From Microcoleus sp. (GTDB taxonomy: Bacteria; Cyanobacteriota; Cyanobacteriia; Cyanobacteriales; Microcoleaceae), in assembly GCA_052279835.1 (NCBI GenBank), contig CP181291.1, forward strand, positions 4,640,001 to 4,704,000: 64,000 nt of DNA. The letters are read 5' to 3'. A program made the position numbers and the translations under genes. Position 1 is the stretch's first letter; each line of letters opens with the position of its first letter. Shown here one piece after another: positions 50,301 to 59,700 of this stretch. A model generated the notes under the pieces. It searched no databases, was not told the DNA's origin, and saw nothing but the letters and a program-made list of their open reading frames with translations.

Positions 50301-52228
50301 CTCAGCATCCAGCGGTGCTGCAAACTGTAGTGACAGCTTGCCCCGATGGGAAGGGAGAAAAACATTTAGTGGCTTATATTGCCTTGAATCCTGAATGTAA
50401 TATCGCCGAAACAACCGAAATTCAGCAATTGCAGGCGGAGCAAGTTTTGCAGTGGCAAATGCTGTACGGTGAAACTTACAAACAACCTGCGATCGACACA
50501 GATCCAACTTTTAATATTACAGGCTGGAATAGCAGTTACACCGGGGAACCCATCCCCCCGGAACAAGTCCGCCAGTGGGCGCACAATCAAGCCGCCCAAA
50601 TTTTGAAATTGCAACCGGATCGAGTATTAGAAATCGGTTGCGGTACGGGTTTGTTGCTGTTCCAAATTGCCCCGCACTGCACCCAGTATTGCGGCACGGA
50701 CTTTTCCCCGCAGTCGATCGATTATATTCAGCAGCATTTGGGCGATCGCGACTTGGCGAATGTAACGCTGCTGCACAAAATGGCCTCGGACTTTGAGGGC
50801 ATAGAAACAGCAGCATTTGATGCCATAATTCTCAATTCTGTAGTCCAGTATTTTCCGAGCATTGACTATCTTTTGCAAGTGATTGAAGGTGCTGTCAAAG
50901 CCACCATTCCCGGTGGCTCTATTTTCATCGGCGACGTGCGGAGTTTGCCTTTATTGACAGCATTTCATACAGCAGTGGAGTTGTATCGCTCGCCCCCTGC
51001 TACAACTGTCCAACAGTTGCAGCAGCGAGTACAAATGCAGATTTTTCAAGAAACAGAATTAGTCATTGAACCGGATTTTTTCAAAGCATTAAAACACCGA
51101 TTTCCGCAAATCGAGGGCGTAGAAATTGAACTGCTTCGGGGCGAATTTCACAATGAGTTAACTCAGTTTCGTTATAATGCAATTCTGCATTTTGCCAGTG
51201 AAATCGAACCCCCCAACTCCCCTGACGAAGGGGGGATATTTGGGGGCAACCACGGGGGGATTGCCCCTACGGAAAACCAGAATTTGGTAGGGGCAGTGCC
51301 CCCGTGCCCGCCCCGCCCCACCCACGGGGATTTTCAAACGGAAGATTTGACGGAGGCCAAAGTGCGCCAGATTTTAGTGGAAAATCAACCGGATATTTTC
51401 AGGATTTCCCACGTACCAAACCCGCGAGTTGCAGCAGCGGTTCAGGCGGCCGAATGGCTGTCAAATTCAGAGAAATTTAAAACAGTATTTCAGTTGCAAA
51501 AAGCTTTGCAACAACTTCCCAATTTAGGAATTGAACCGGAAATATGGTATGCTTTAGATGTACCCTATACTGTTCATATTAGCTGGTCTAATCCTAGCAA
51601 TAAAGGCTGTTACGATGTTGTGTTTGTGCGGGGAGAGGCGAGAGATTTTGAACTAGCAGAAACCTTCACTCGCCCGCGCCCGTGGCACTCTTATGCTAAC
51701 AATCCCCTGCAAGCGAAAGCGGCGCGCAAATTGGTGCCACAATTGCAAGCTTACCTCGCAGCTAAACTGCCAGAATATATGGTACCCGCGGCTTTTGCGG
51801 TGCTGGAATCACTGCCACTGACACCGAATGGAAAGGTCGATCGCCGAGCTTTGCCCGCACCGGAACTTGTTAAGTTAGAATCGGTTGGAAGTTATGCCGC
51901 ACCCCAAACTCCCACTGAGGAAGTTTTAGCGAGAATTTGGATGGAAGTTTTGGGGATAAAGCGAGTGGGAATTAGGGATAATTTCTTTGAATTGGGCGGC
52001 CATTCGCTGTTAGCAACTCAGCTTGTTTCTAGAGTGCGCGATGCTTGCGGGGTGGAGTTGCCTTTGCGCTGCGTGTTTGAAGCGCCGACTATTGCAGGAT
52101 TGTCTGAATTTGTCGCTCGTTTGAAACAGAATAATTCTCAAATTAAAGGTCCGGCTTTAGTACCAGTTTCCCGCGATAATCGCCGCGTGAAGCTGTCATC
52201 GCTGAACATAGAAAGTAAAGAAAAGTAA
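47347..52228 (+). CDS. NRPS module 2, TubC-N docking-C-A-NMT-T (A code DAWFLGNVVK, Leu), with +1 frameshift at 47937-47940
   Basis: Removing one G joins both ORFs as FNLATGPLLRVTLLQL; HHIVSDGW; VLEIGCGTG...LNSVVQYFP N-methyltransferase; GGHSL. Confidence 0.9.
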
Positions 52229-52258
52229 GCGCGATAGCTTATGCTTGCTGTAGACTGA

Positions 52259-55200
52259 TTGATGAGGGAATTTATGAATGCAGATGAACTATTCAATCGC
52301 GAAACAGAAGTCTTTGTCTTCCCCGCATCTTTTGCCCAGCAGCGGCTGTGGTTTCTCCATCGCCTTGCGCCGGGAAATCCTTTCTACAATGTCTCAACCG
52401 CCCTCCGGTTGACAGGTTCCCTCAACTCGATCGCCTTAGAACAAACATTCAACGAAATTGTCCGCCGCCACGAAATTCTGCGCACAACTTTTGCAGTGGT
52501 AGAAGGGGAACTGTCGCAAATTATTGCCTCAGAATTAACTTTATCTCTTACCAAAATAGACTTGCAAAATATCCCGCCAACTCAGCCAGAAATGGAGCAT
52601 CCCGATTTGGTCAGGACGAAGCATTCTGGGTTTAAATCTGTGGCGCGAGCTAATAAATTGTCGGCGGTCATGCTTTGCCCCTACGACTATATTAGCAAAA
52701 CTAAAATGCACCCGCAAGAAGCAGCCGCCAAACAACTGGCAATTGCCGAATCGCGGCTACCATTCGATTTAGCAAAGGGACCATTGTTGCGGGTGAAATT
52801 GCTGCAATTTAGCGCCACAGAATATGTGCTGCTGATTAATTTCCATCACATTGTTGCTGATGGTTGGTCAATTGCCGTGTTAATTCGGGAACTAACATCG
52901 CTGTACAAAGCTTTTGCCAAAAACCAGTTGTCTCCTCTGCCCGAACTCCCGATTCAGTATGCCGATTTTGCAGAATGGCAGCACCAATGGTTGCAGGGTG
53001 AAGTATTAGAAACTCAACTCGCTTATTGGCGGCAGCAGTTGACCAATATTCAGCCGTTAAATCTGCCAGTCGATCGCCCCAGACCTCCCGTTCCCAGCTA
53101 TCGTGGCGCGCGAGAATTTCTGGCGCTGTCCCCAACTTTGAGCGATCGCTTAAATTTGTTAAGCAAGCAACAAAATGTGACTTTGTTTGTAACTTTGCTG
53201 GCTGCATTTCAAACCTTGCTTTACCGCTACACCGGGCAAGAAAATATTGCATTAGGAACGCCCATCGCCAACCGCAACCGCAGGGAATTAGAAGGGTTAA
53301 TTGGATTTTTTGTCAATACTTTAGTTTTGCGGACTGACTTATCGGGAAACCCAATTTTTTTGGAATTTTTGAATCGGGCGAAACAGGTGACAGTATCAGC
53401 TTACACGCACCAAGATTTGCCTTTTGAAAAGCTAGTAGAAGCGCTGGAACCCGATCGCGATTTGAGCCGCAATCCCTTATTTCAAATTAGTTTCAGCCTG
53501 CAAAACACGCCCGCAGCAGCCCTAGAATTGCCCGAACTAACTTGGAGTGCGATCGACTTTGACGCGGGTACTGCCAAGCTCGATTTAGAGTTTAATTTGT
53601 GGGAAGATTTTGCTGGCATTAAAGGGCAACTCACCTACAGTACCGATTTATTTGACAGCAGCACGATCGCCCGAATGTTAGAACACTTTCAAACGCTGTT
53701 AGAAAGCATAGTTGCCAATCCCAACCAGCGGCTTTCTGACTTGCCCATGCTCACCGCAGCCTCGCGCCATCAAATACTTGTAGAATTTAACCGCAATTTA
53801 TCGCCAAATATACCCCGCCTCCCTCCCATTTGTCAAGAAAACGAGCCAGAATCGAGTAACATTGCACTGTGTTTCCATCAATTATTTGAGCTGCAAGTAG
53901 AACGATCGCCCGACGCGATCGCCCTAGTCTTTGAAAACCAGCATTTAACCTACCGCCAACTCAACACCAAAGCCAACCAAATCGCCCATTACTTGCAGAA
54001 ATTGGGAGTTAAGCCCGAAGTTTTAGTCGGGATTTGTATGGATCGCTGCTTAGATGCGATCGTCGGATTATTAGGCATTCTCAAAGCAGGCGGAGCCTAT
54101 GTACCTTTAGATCCAAATTATCCCCAAGAACGTCTTAACTTCATGTTAGAAGATGCTCGCACGCCCATCTTGCTAACCGCTCAGCAGCACTCAACCCGCC
54201 AGGGGTTAAAACCCCTGTCTAATAGCTCAAGTCCACTAAAGTGGACTCAGCAACCGGAAATTTCCAGTCGGCTTGAGCCGACTTCAGCTATTAGCCGGGG
54301 AATTGATTCCCCGGCGGATGAAAGCGGAGTGCAAGACACCGATCGCGACTTTACCGCCACAGCGTCGCCAGATTGCCAAATCCCCAATCTCGCTGCAATT
54401 TGCCTCGATCGCGATTGGGAAGCGATCGCCCGACAAAGCCCGCAAAATCCCACCAGCCCAGTAACCGCTGACAACCTCGCTTACGTCATCTACACTTCAG
54501 GTTCCACCGGCAAACCAAAAGGCGTTTTAATCGAACACAAAGGACTGTCAAATTTAGCCCAAGCTCAAATCGAAACTTTTAAATTACAGCCACATCACCG
54601 CGTTTTGCAGTTTGCATCCCTCAGTTTTGATGCCTCCATCTTTGAAATAGTCCTCGCTTTGCGATCGGGAGCAACCCTTTACTTAGCCAATCCAGAATCT
54701 CGGTTCCCAGGCAAGCCTTTAATCGATTTTGTGCGCGACAATGCTATCACCCATGTTACCCTTCCGCCTGCGGTTTTAAAACTGTTGCCAAAAACCAAAC
54801 TAGCCTCCCTACAAACTATCATTTGTGCGGGGGAATCTTGCACGCCGGAGCTTGTGACAAGCTGGGGTAAAAACCGCCAATTTTTTAATGCTTACGGACC
54901 AACCGAAGCGACTGTTTGGTCGAGTATTTATGAAATTACTGATAGTCAAAAAATCTCGATCGGTCGTCCAATTCTTCACACTCAAATTTACATTTTAGAC
55001 CAAGATTTGCAACCAGTCCCGCTCGGCATTCCGGGCGAAATTCACATCAGCGGCTTGGGAGTGGCTAGAGGATACCTCAACCGATCGCACTTAACACCAC
55101 AGCGCTTTATTCCCAATCCTTTTAGCGATAAAGATAAAGTGCCAATGTACAAAACAGGCGATTTAGCTCGCTACCTTCCCGACGGCAACATCGAATTTTT

Positions 55201-56593
55201 AGGCCGCATTGACGAACAGGTAAAAGTGCGGGGTTTTCGCATCGAATTGGGTGAAATTGAAGCGGTATTGAGACAGCATCCGGGTGTGAAAGCAACTTGC
55301 GCGATCGCCTGCAACGACTCATCGGAAAATCAGCACCTAATTGCTTATGTTGTTCCGAAAAATCCGCGACTCAACCATCTCGAACTCCGCAATTTCTGCC
55401 AAACACAACTCCCACCATACATGATGCCAAATGCTTTTCAAATTATCGATGATTTGCCCCTAACTCCCAACGGCAAAATCGACCGCCGCCGCCTCTGTTC
55501 GCCCGAAAACCTGACAGCCACATCGGGCGATGCTTTCGCAGAACCCCGCAGCCCAACGGAATCAACCCTCGCCCAAATCTGGGCTGCTACTCTGAATCGC
55601 GATCGAGTCGGGATTCGCGATAACTTCTTCGATTTAGGAGGAGATTCCCTGCTAGCTGTGCGCCTAATCGATCGCATCAACCAGCAGTTTCAGCGGGATT
55701 TGCCACTGTCTTCATTGTTTTTAAATCCGACAGTGGAACTTTTAGCAAATACCCTAAGTTTAGGAAAAAATTCTTTAACAAACTCGCCGTTAGTTGCCAT
55801 TAACTCTCAAGGTTCAAAGCCGCCGTTTTTTTGCGTGCATCCCATCTTCGGCGTAGTTTTTCCTTATTACAAACTAGCAGCAGAGTTAGGAAGAGACCAA
55901 CCGTTTTACGCCCTGCAACCGCGAGGAATTGAAGGAGAATGTTCTCCTTTAACTAGCATTCAAGATATGGCTGCTTTTTACATCGCCGCAGTGCGTGAAG
56001 TGCAGCCGCAAGGACCGTATTTTTTAGGAGGTTGGTCTTTTGGAGGTTTAGTGGCTTTTGAGATGGCTCAACAGTTGCAAAAAGCGGGCGATACAGTGGC
56101 TTTGCTCGCCGTACTCGATACTTTAGCACCAATTCCGGCAAATCAAATTTCTTTTTGGGACGGCTGCAAGTTTCTGCTGACAACCGCGCTGCGATCTGTT
56201 TGGCCTTTTTTCTTAGATTATTTTCGCTTGCTGGCTGCTGCGGATAACTTTTCGGGTAAAAGTTTAATTGGGAGAATTGCTCAACTAAATAAAGTGATTC
56301 AGCCGATATTTACCGTGTTTCAAGCTAACAGCAAAGCAACTCTGGCTTACGCGCCGCAAATTTACGATAATCAGATTACTCTCCTGCGCTCTACCTCACA
56401 AACCACTACGGGCGATCGGGATTTTACCCTCGGCTGGAACCAACTTACTACCGACACAGTAGAAGTGATTAGAGTCCCCGGAAATCACTTAACTATGCTC
56501 AGAACACCCTACGTTCAAGTCCTCGCCCAACAGCTAAGTAGAAGGAAGAAGTCACCCCCCCCTGCCCCCCCCAAGGGGGGAAGATCGATGTGA
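52259..56593 (+). CDS. NRPS module 3, C-A-T-TE (A code ~DAFTIAAVWK, Phe/aromatic-like)
   Basis: HHIVADGW, A core motifs, GGDSL, GWSFGG thioesterase, GNH; ATG 52274 is an alternative start. Confidence 0.93.
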   Translation: MMREFMNADELFNRETEVFVFPASFAQQRLWFLHRLAPGNPFYNVSTALRLTGSLNSIALEQTFNEIVRRHEILRTTFAVVEGELSQIIASELTLSLTKIDLQNIPPTQPEMEHPDLVRTKHSGFKSVARANKLSAVMLCPYDYISKTKMHPQEAAAKQLAIAESRLPFDLAKGPLLRVKLLQFSATEYVLLINFHHIVADGWSIAVLIRELTSLYKAFAKNQLSPLPELPIQYADFAEWQHQWLQGEVLETQLAYWRQQLTNIQPLNLPVDRPRPPVPSYRGAREFLALSPTLSDRLNLLSKQQNVTLFVTLLAAFQTLLYRYTGQENIALGTPIANRNRRELEGLIGFFVNTLVLRTDLSGNPIFLEFLNRAKQVTVSAYTHQDLPFEKLVEALEPDRDLSRNPLFQISFSLQNTPAAALELPELTWSAIDFDAGTAKLDLEFNLWEDFAGIKGQLTYSTDLFDSSTIARMLEHFQTLLESIVANPNQRLSDLPMLTAASRHQILVEFNRNLSPNIPRLPPICQENEPESSNIALCFHQLFELQVERSPDAIALVFENQHLTYRQLNTKANQIAHYLQKLGVKPEVLVGICMDRCLDAIVGLLGILKAGGAYVPLDPNYPQERLNFMLEDARTPILLTAQQHSTRQGLKPLSNSSSPLKWTQQPEISSRLEPTSAISRGIDSPADESGVQDTDRDFTATASPDCQIPNLAAICLDRDWEAIARQSPQNPTSPVTADNLAYVIYTSGSTGKPKGVLIEHKGLSNLAQAQIETFKLQPHHRVLQFASLSFDASIFEIVLALRSGATLYLANPESRFPGKPLIDFVRDNAITHVTLPPAVLKLLPKTKLASLQTIICAGESCTPELVTSWGKNRQFFNAYGPTEATVWSSIYEITDSQKISIGRPILHTQIYILDQDLQPVPLGIPGEIHISGLGVARGYLNRSHLTPQRFIPNPFSDKDKVPMYKTGDLARYLPDGNIEFLGRIDEQVKVRGFRIELGEIEAVLRQHPGVKATCAIACNDSSENQHLIAYVVPKNPRLNHLELRNFCQTQLPPYMMPNAFQIIDDLPLTPNGKIDRRRLCSPENLTATSGDAFAEPRSPTESTLAQIWAATLNRDRVGIRDNFFDLGGDSLLAVRLIDRINQQFQRDLPLSSLFLNPTVELLANTLSLGKNSLTNSPLVAINSQGSKPPFFCVHPIFGVVFPYYKLAAELGRDQPFYALQPRGIEGECSPLTSIQDMAAFYIAAVREVQPQGPYFLGGWSFGGLVAFEMAQQLQKAGDTVALLAVLDTLAPIPANQISFWDGCKFLLTTALRSVWPFFLDYFRLLAAADNFSGKSLIGRIAQLNKVIQPIFTVFQANSKATLAYAPQIYDNQITLLRSTSQTTTGDRDFTLGWNQLTTDTVEVIRVPGNHLTMLRTPYVQVLAQQLSRRKKSPPPAPPKGGRSM

Positions 56594-56658
56594 AGAAGGC
56601 TCATAGAGCAAGCTTTTTAGCCACCTGTATCTTACGTTTAATTAAGTGGACTTACTTA
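56535..56658. mobile_element. ~124-bp MITE, right flank of NRPS cluster (inverted relative to 41121-41248)
   Basis: Outer ~66 bp is the reverse complement of the left copy with one mismatch; overlaps TE gene 3' end. Confidence 0.8.
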
Positions 56659-56774
56659 AAACAGTGTTTTATATCAATTCCGGTCAATTATAGATAATAA
56701 AGATGGTTTGTAGTTACCAACCATTTTTACGGTGGTATATTGTCGAGCAAACATGATATAGTATCGCGTTCGCC

Positions 56775-59700
56775 TCAATTAATTAAAATCTCAATTACAA
56801 ACTCCGTTCCCTTGGATGGTGTAGAAATACAAGTCAGTTTTCCGCCGTGTTTTTCTTCCACAATTTGACGGGCGATCGCCAGCCCCAATCCCGTCCCTTT
56901 ACCAACCTCTTTGGTAGTAAACAAGTGGTCGAAAATATGTGCTTTAACTTCCTCAGACATTCCAGGCCCGTTATCTCTAATCCGAATTACTGCCATTTGT
57001 CGATCGCCCGAAACTTCAGTGCAAATTTTAATTTGCTGAGGATTTGCTTTAATTTCCGCAAATGTTTGCCCGACGCAGGCTGCATCTAAGGCATCGATCG
57101 CATTGGCGATGATATTCATAAATACTTGATTTAATTGTCCCAAAAAGCACTTGACAAGCGGCAATCTACCATATTCACAAATTACTTCAATAGCCGGACG
57201 TTTATCCGAAGCTTTGAGGCGGTATTTCAAAATTAACAGTGTACTGTGAATCCCTTCATGAATGTCGCAAGCAACTTTTTCGGAGGTATCGGCTCTGGAA
57301 AAAGTGCGGAGGCTGTTGCTAATATCGCGAATGCGCTGGGAGGCGATTTTCATAGAAGGAATCAGCTTTGGCAAATCTTCGCTCAGAAATTCTAAATCAA
57401 TATCTTCTGCATGGTCGATGACTTCTGGTACTGGTTCAGGATAAGATTGTTGGTAGCATTCAAGATGAGCAAGTAAGTCTTGAATATATTCTTCGATGTT
57501 GTTGACACTACCTGTAATAAAGCCAATGGGATTGTTGATTTCGTGGGCGACACCCGCCACTAAATTGCCCAAAGTTGCCATTTTTTCATTTTGCACCATT
57601 TGCAATTGGGCTTGCTTTAATTCCTCTAAGGTTTGTTCGAGTTGTTGAGATTTCTGCTGCACGGCGGCTTCAGCTTTTTTGATGTCAGTAATATCTCGCG
57701 TCATTCCCACCGTACCAGTAATGTTGCCATTGGGATCGCGTCTTGGAGTCTTAGTCGTATATAAATTTACGATCTCCCCCGCAGCATTCAAGACATCTTC
57801 CTCAAACTTTTCCGCAACTCCAGAGTGCAAAATTCGCTCGTCCCACTCCCGAATCTGCTGGGCAAACTCTAGAGGAAGAACATCAAAATCCGTTTTTCCA
57901 ACTATCTCGACTTCCGACGACAAACCTAACAACTCAAGCGTTGCAGAGTTGGCAAAAATATAGCGGTGTTGGCTATCTTTAGCGAAAATCATGTCGCTGG
58001 TACATTCCAGGACACTTTGCAGCAGGAAATTGCTTTGTTGGAGATTGAGTTCGGCTTCTTTGCGTCCGCTAATATCTCGGAAGTACCAGATTCTGCCACA
58101 TTCCTCTCCTGATGGTAAATTCACAGTCACAGAATACCGTTCCAAAATGCGTCGATCTTTGAGGATAATTTCATGGTAGCTAGCTTCACCGGGATGTTGA
58201 TAGAGATACTCAACCGTTGCGATAAATTCCTGCGGTTGTTCTAGTTGATCCAATACAAATTCCAAGAGTTGACGATCGTCCTTGGTTTGAAGAATAATCT
58301 CAGGAAGGTTCCATAGCTTGGCAAATCCTTGATTATAAGCACTCACCTGCCGATTGGCATCAATCACGAGGATCGCATCTAAAGAGGATTCTCTTTGTGC
58401 TTCCAAAAAGGCAGCACTTTTTATGAGTTCCCTTTGGCTATGCTGTAAATCTTCTAGCGCTTGCTCCAAACGTAGGGCATGGAGCTGAGATTGTTGATAA
58501 AGTCTAGCATTTTCGATAGAAATCGCGGCTTGGGTGCACAATAGTTGAACAATTTCCATGCGACTTCTGGTAAATGCCCCCATCATCAGTTTATTTTCTA
58601 GATACAGTAAGCCGATTAATTTACCTTGGTTTAAAATCGGGACACAAAGCACACTCTTAGGTTTATTTTTTATCAAATATGGGTCATGAATAAAATTATT
58701 TTTTATATTTATTTCGTCGATAACTATGGTTTTTAAACTCCGCTTAACCTGGTTGATTAGTGTCAAGGGAATTTCTTGGTAACTTGACACTGGCACTGAC
58801 AATACGCTAATATTTTCCCTGGTATTCCCCACAGCTTCTACCATCAAAATTTCGTCTTGTAATAACAGCAAAACTACCTTGTCTGCCCCGGCATTTTCCA
58901 TCACTACTTGCATTAAATTAGCAACTAATTGCTCTAGTTTAATTTCACTCGATAAGGCTTGGGAGGCTTTGAGAATTGTGGCCAAATCTAGGGATGCGGA
59001 AATGCTACTGCTGTGAGAACGAGTTGTATGGATGGTGCGATCGAGGATTGAGGAGCCATCGAAAGTTTCCAGGCGCGTTTCCCCGATGGAAAAATGATGT
59101 TGTTTTGCCTGCAAGATCGCAGCAAGCAGTTGGGGATAGCGCATTTCTAAGTCATCTATTTTGGCTTTGGCTTCCCACCGGGCATAACAGTAGTAAGCTT
59201 CTTGCAGATAAGAACGAGCTAATTTTTCTTTGCCCCAGTCGAGGTAAAATTTGGCGCAGAGTTCGTTGGCTAGGGCTTCTTCATTCAGGAATTGGTTTTG
59301 TTTGGCTCCTGAGATGGCGCGATCGTACAATTCGATCGCTTTTAGTTTTTGTCCCAGTACCCGATACCTTTCTGCTTCTACCAACAGAAACTTATGTTGG
59401 TAATTCATCGGGGCATAGTGTCCCCATTTCTTCAGTTGTTTCTGATTCGCCTCAATGCTTTTGAGAATTTGCTTCTGTTCGTTTGAGGTTGCAGTCGCGT
59501 AAATCGCCAGTTGTGCCAGAGAATCGTAAAAGTAGTGCAGAACAGTTGGCAGGGAAGAAACGCAGTTATCAAAGTACGGTTTAGCAGCCTTTGATTTCTC
59601 AATTGATGCGTCATATTGCCCGAACAAATAATGAAGATGCTGTTGGCAAACGTAACTAAAAAATAACCCAGTGCGATCGTTCGCCGCCACCTGTGCCGGC

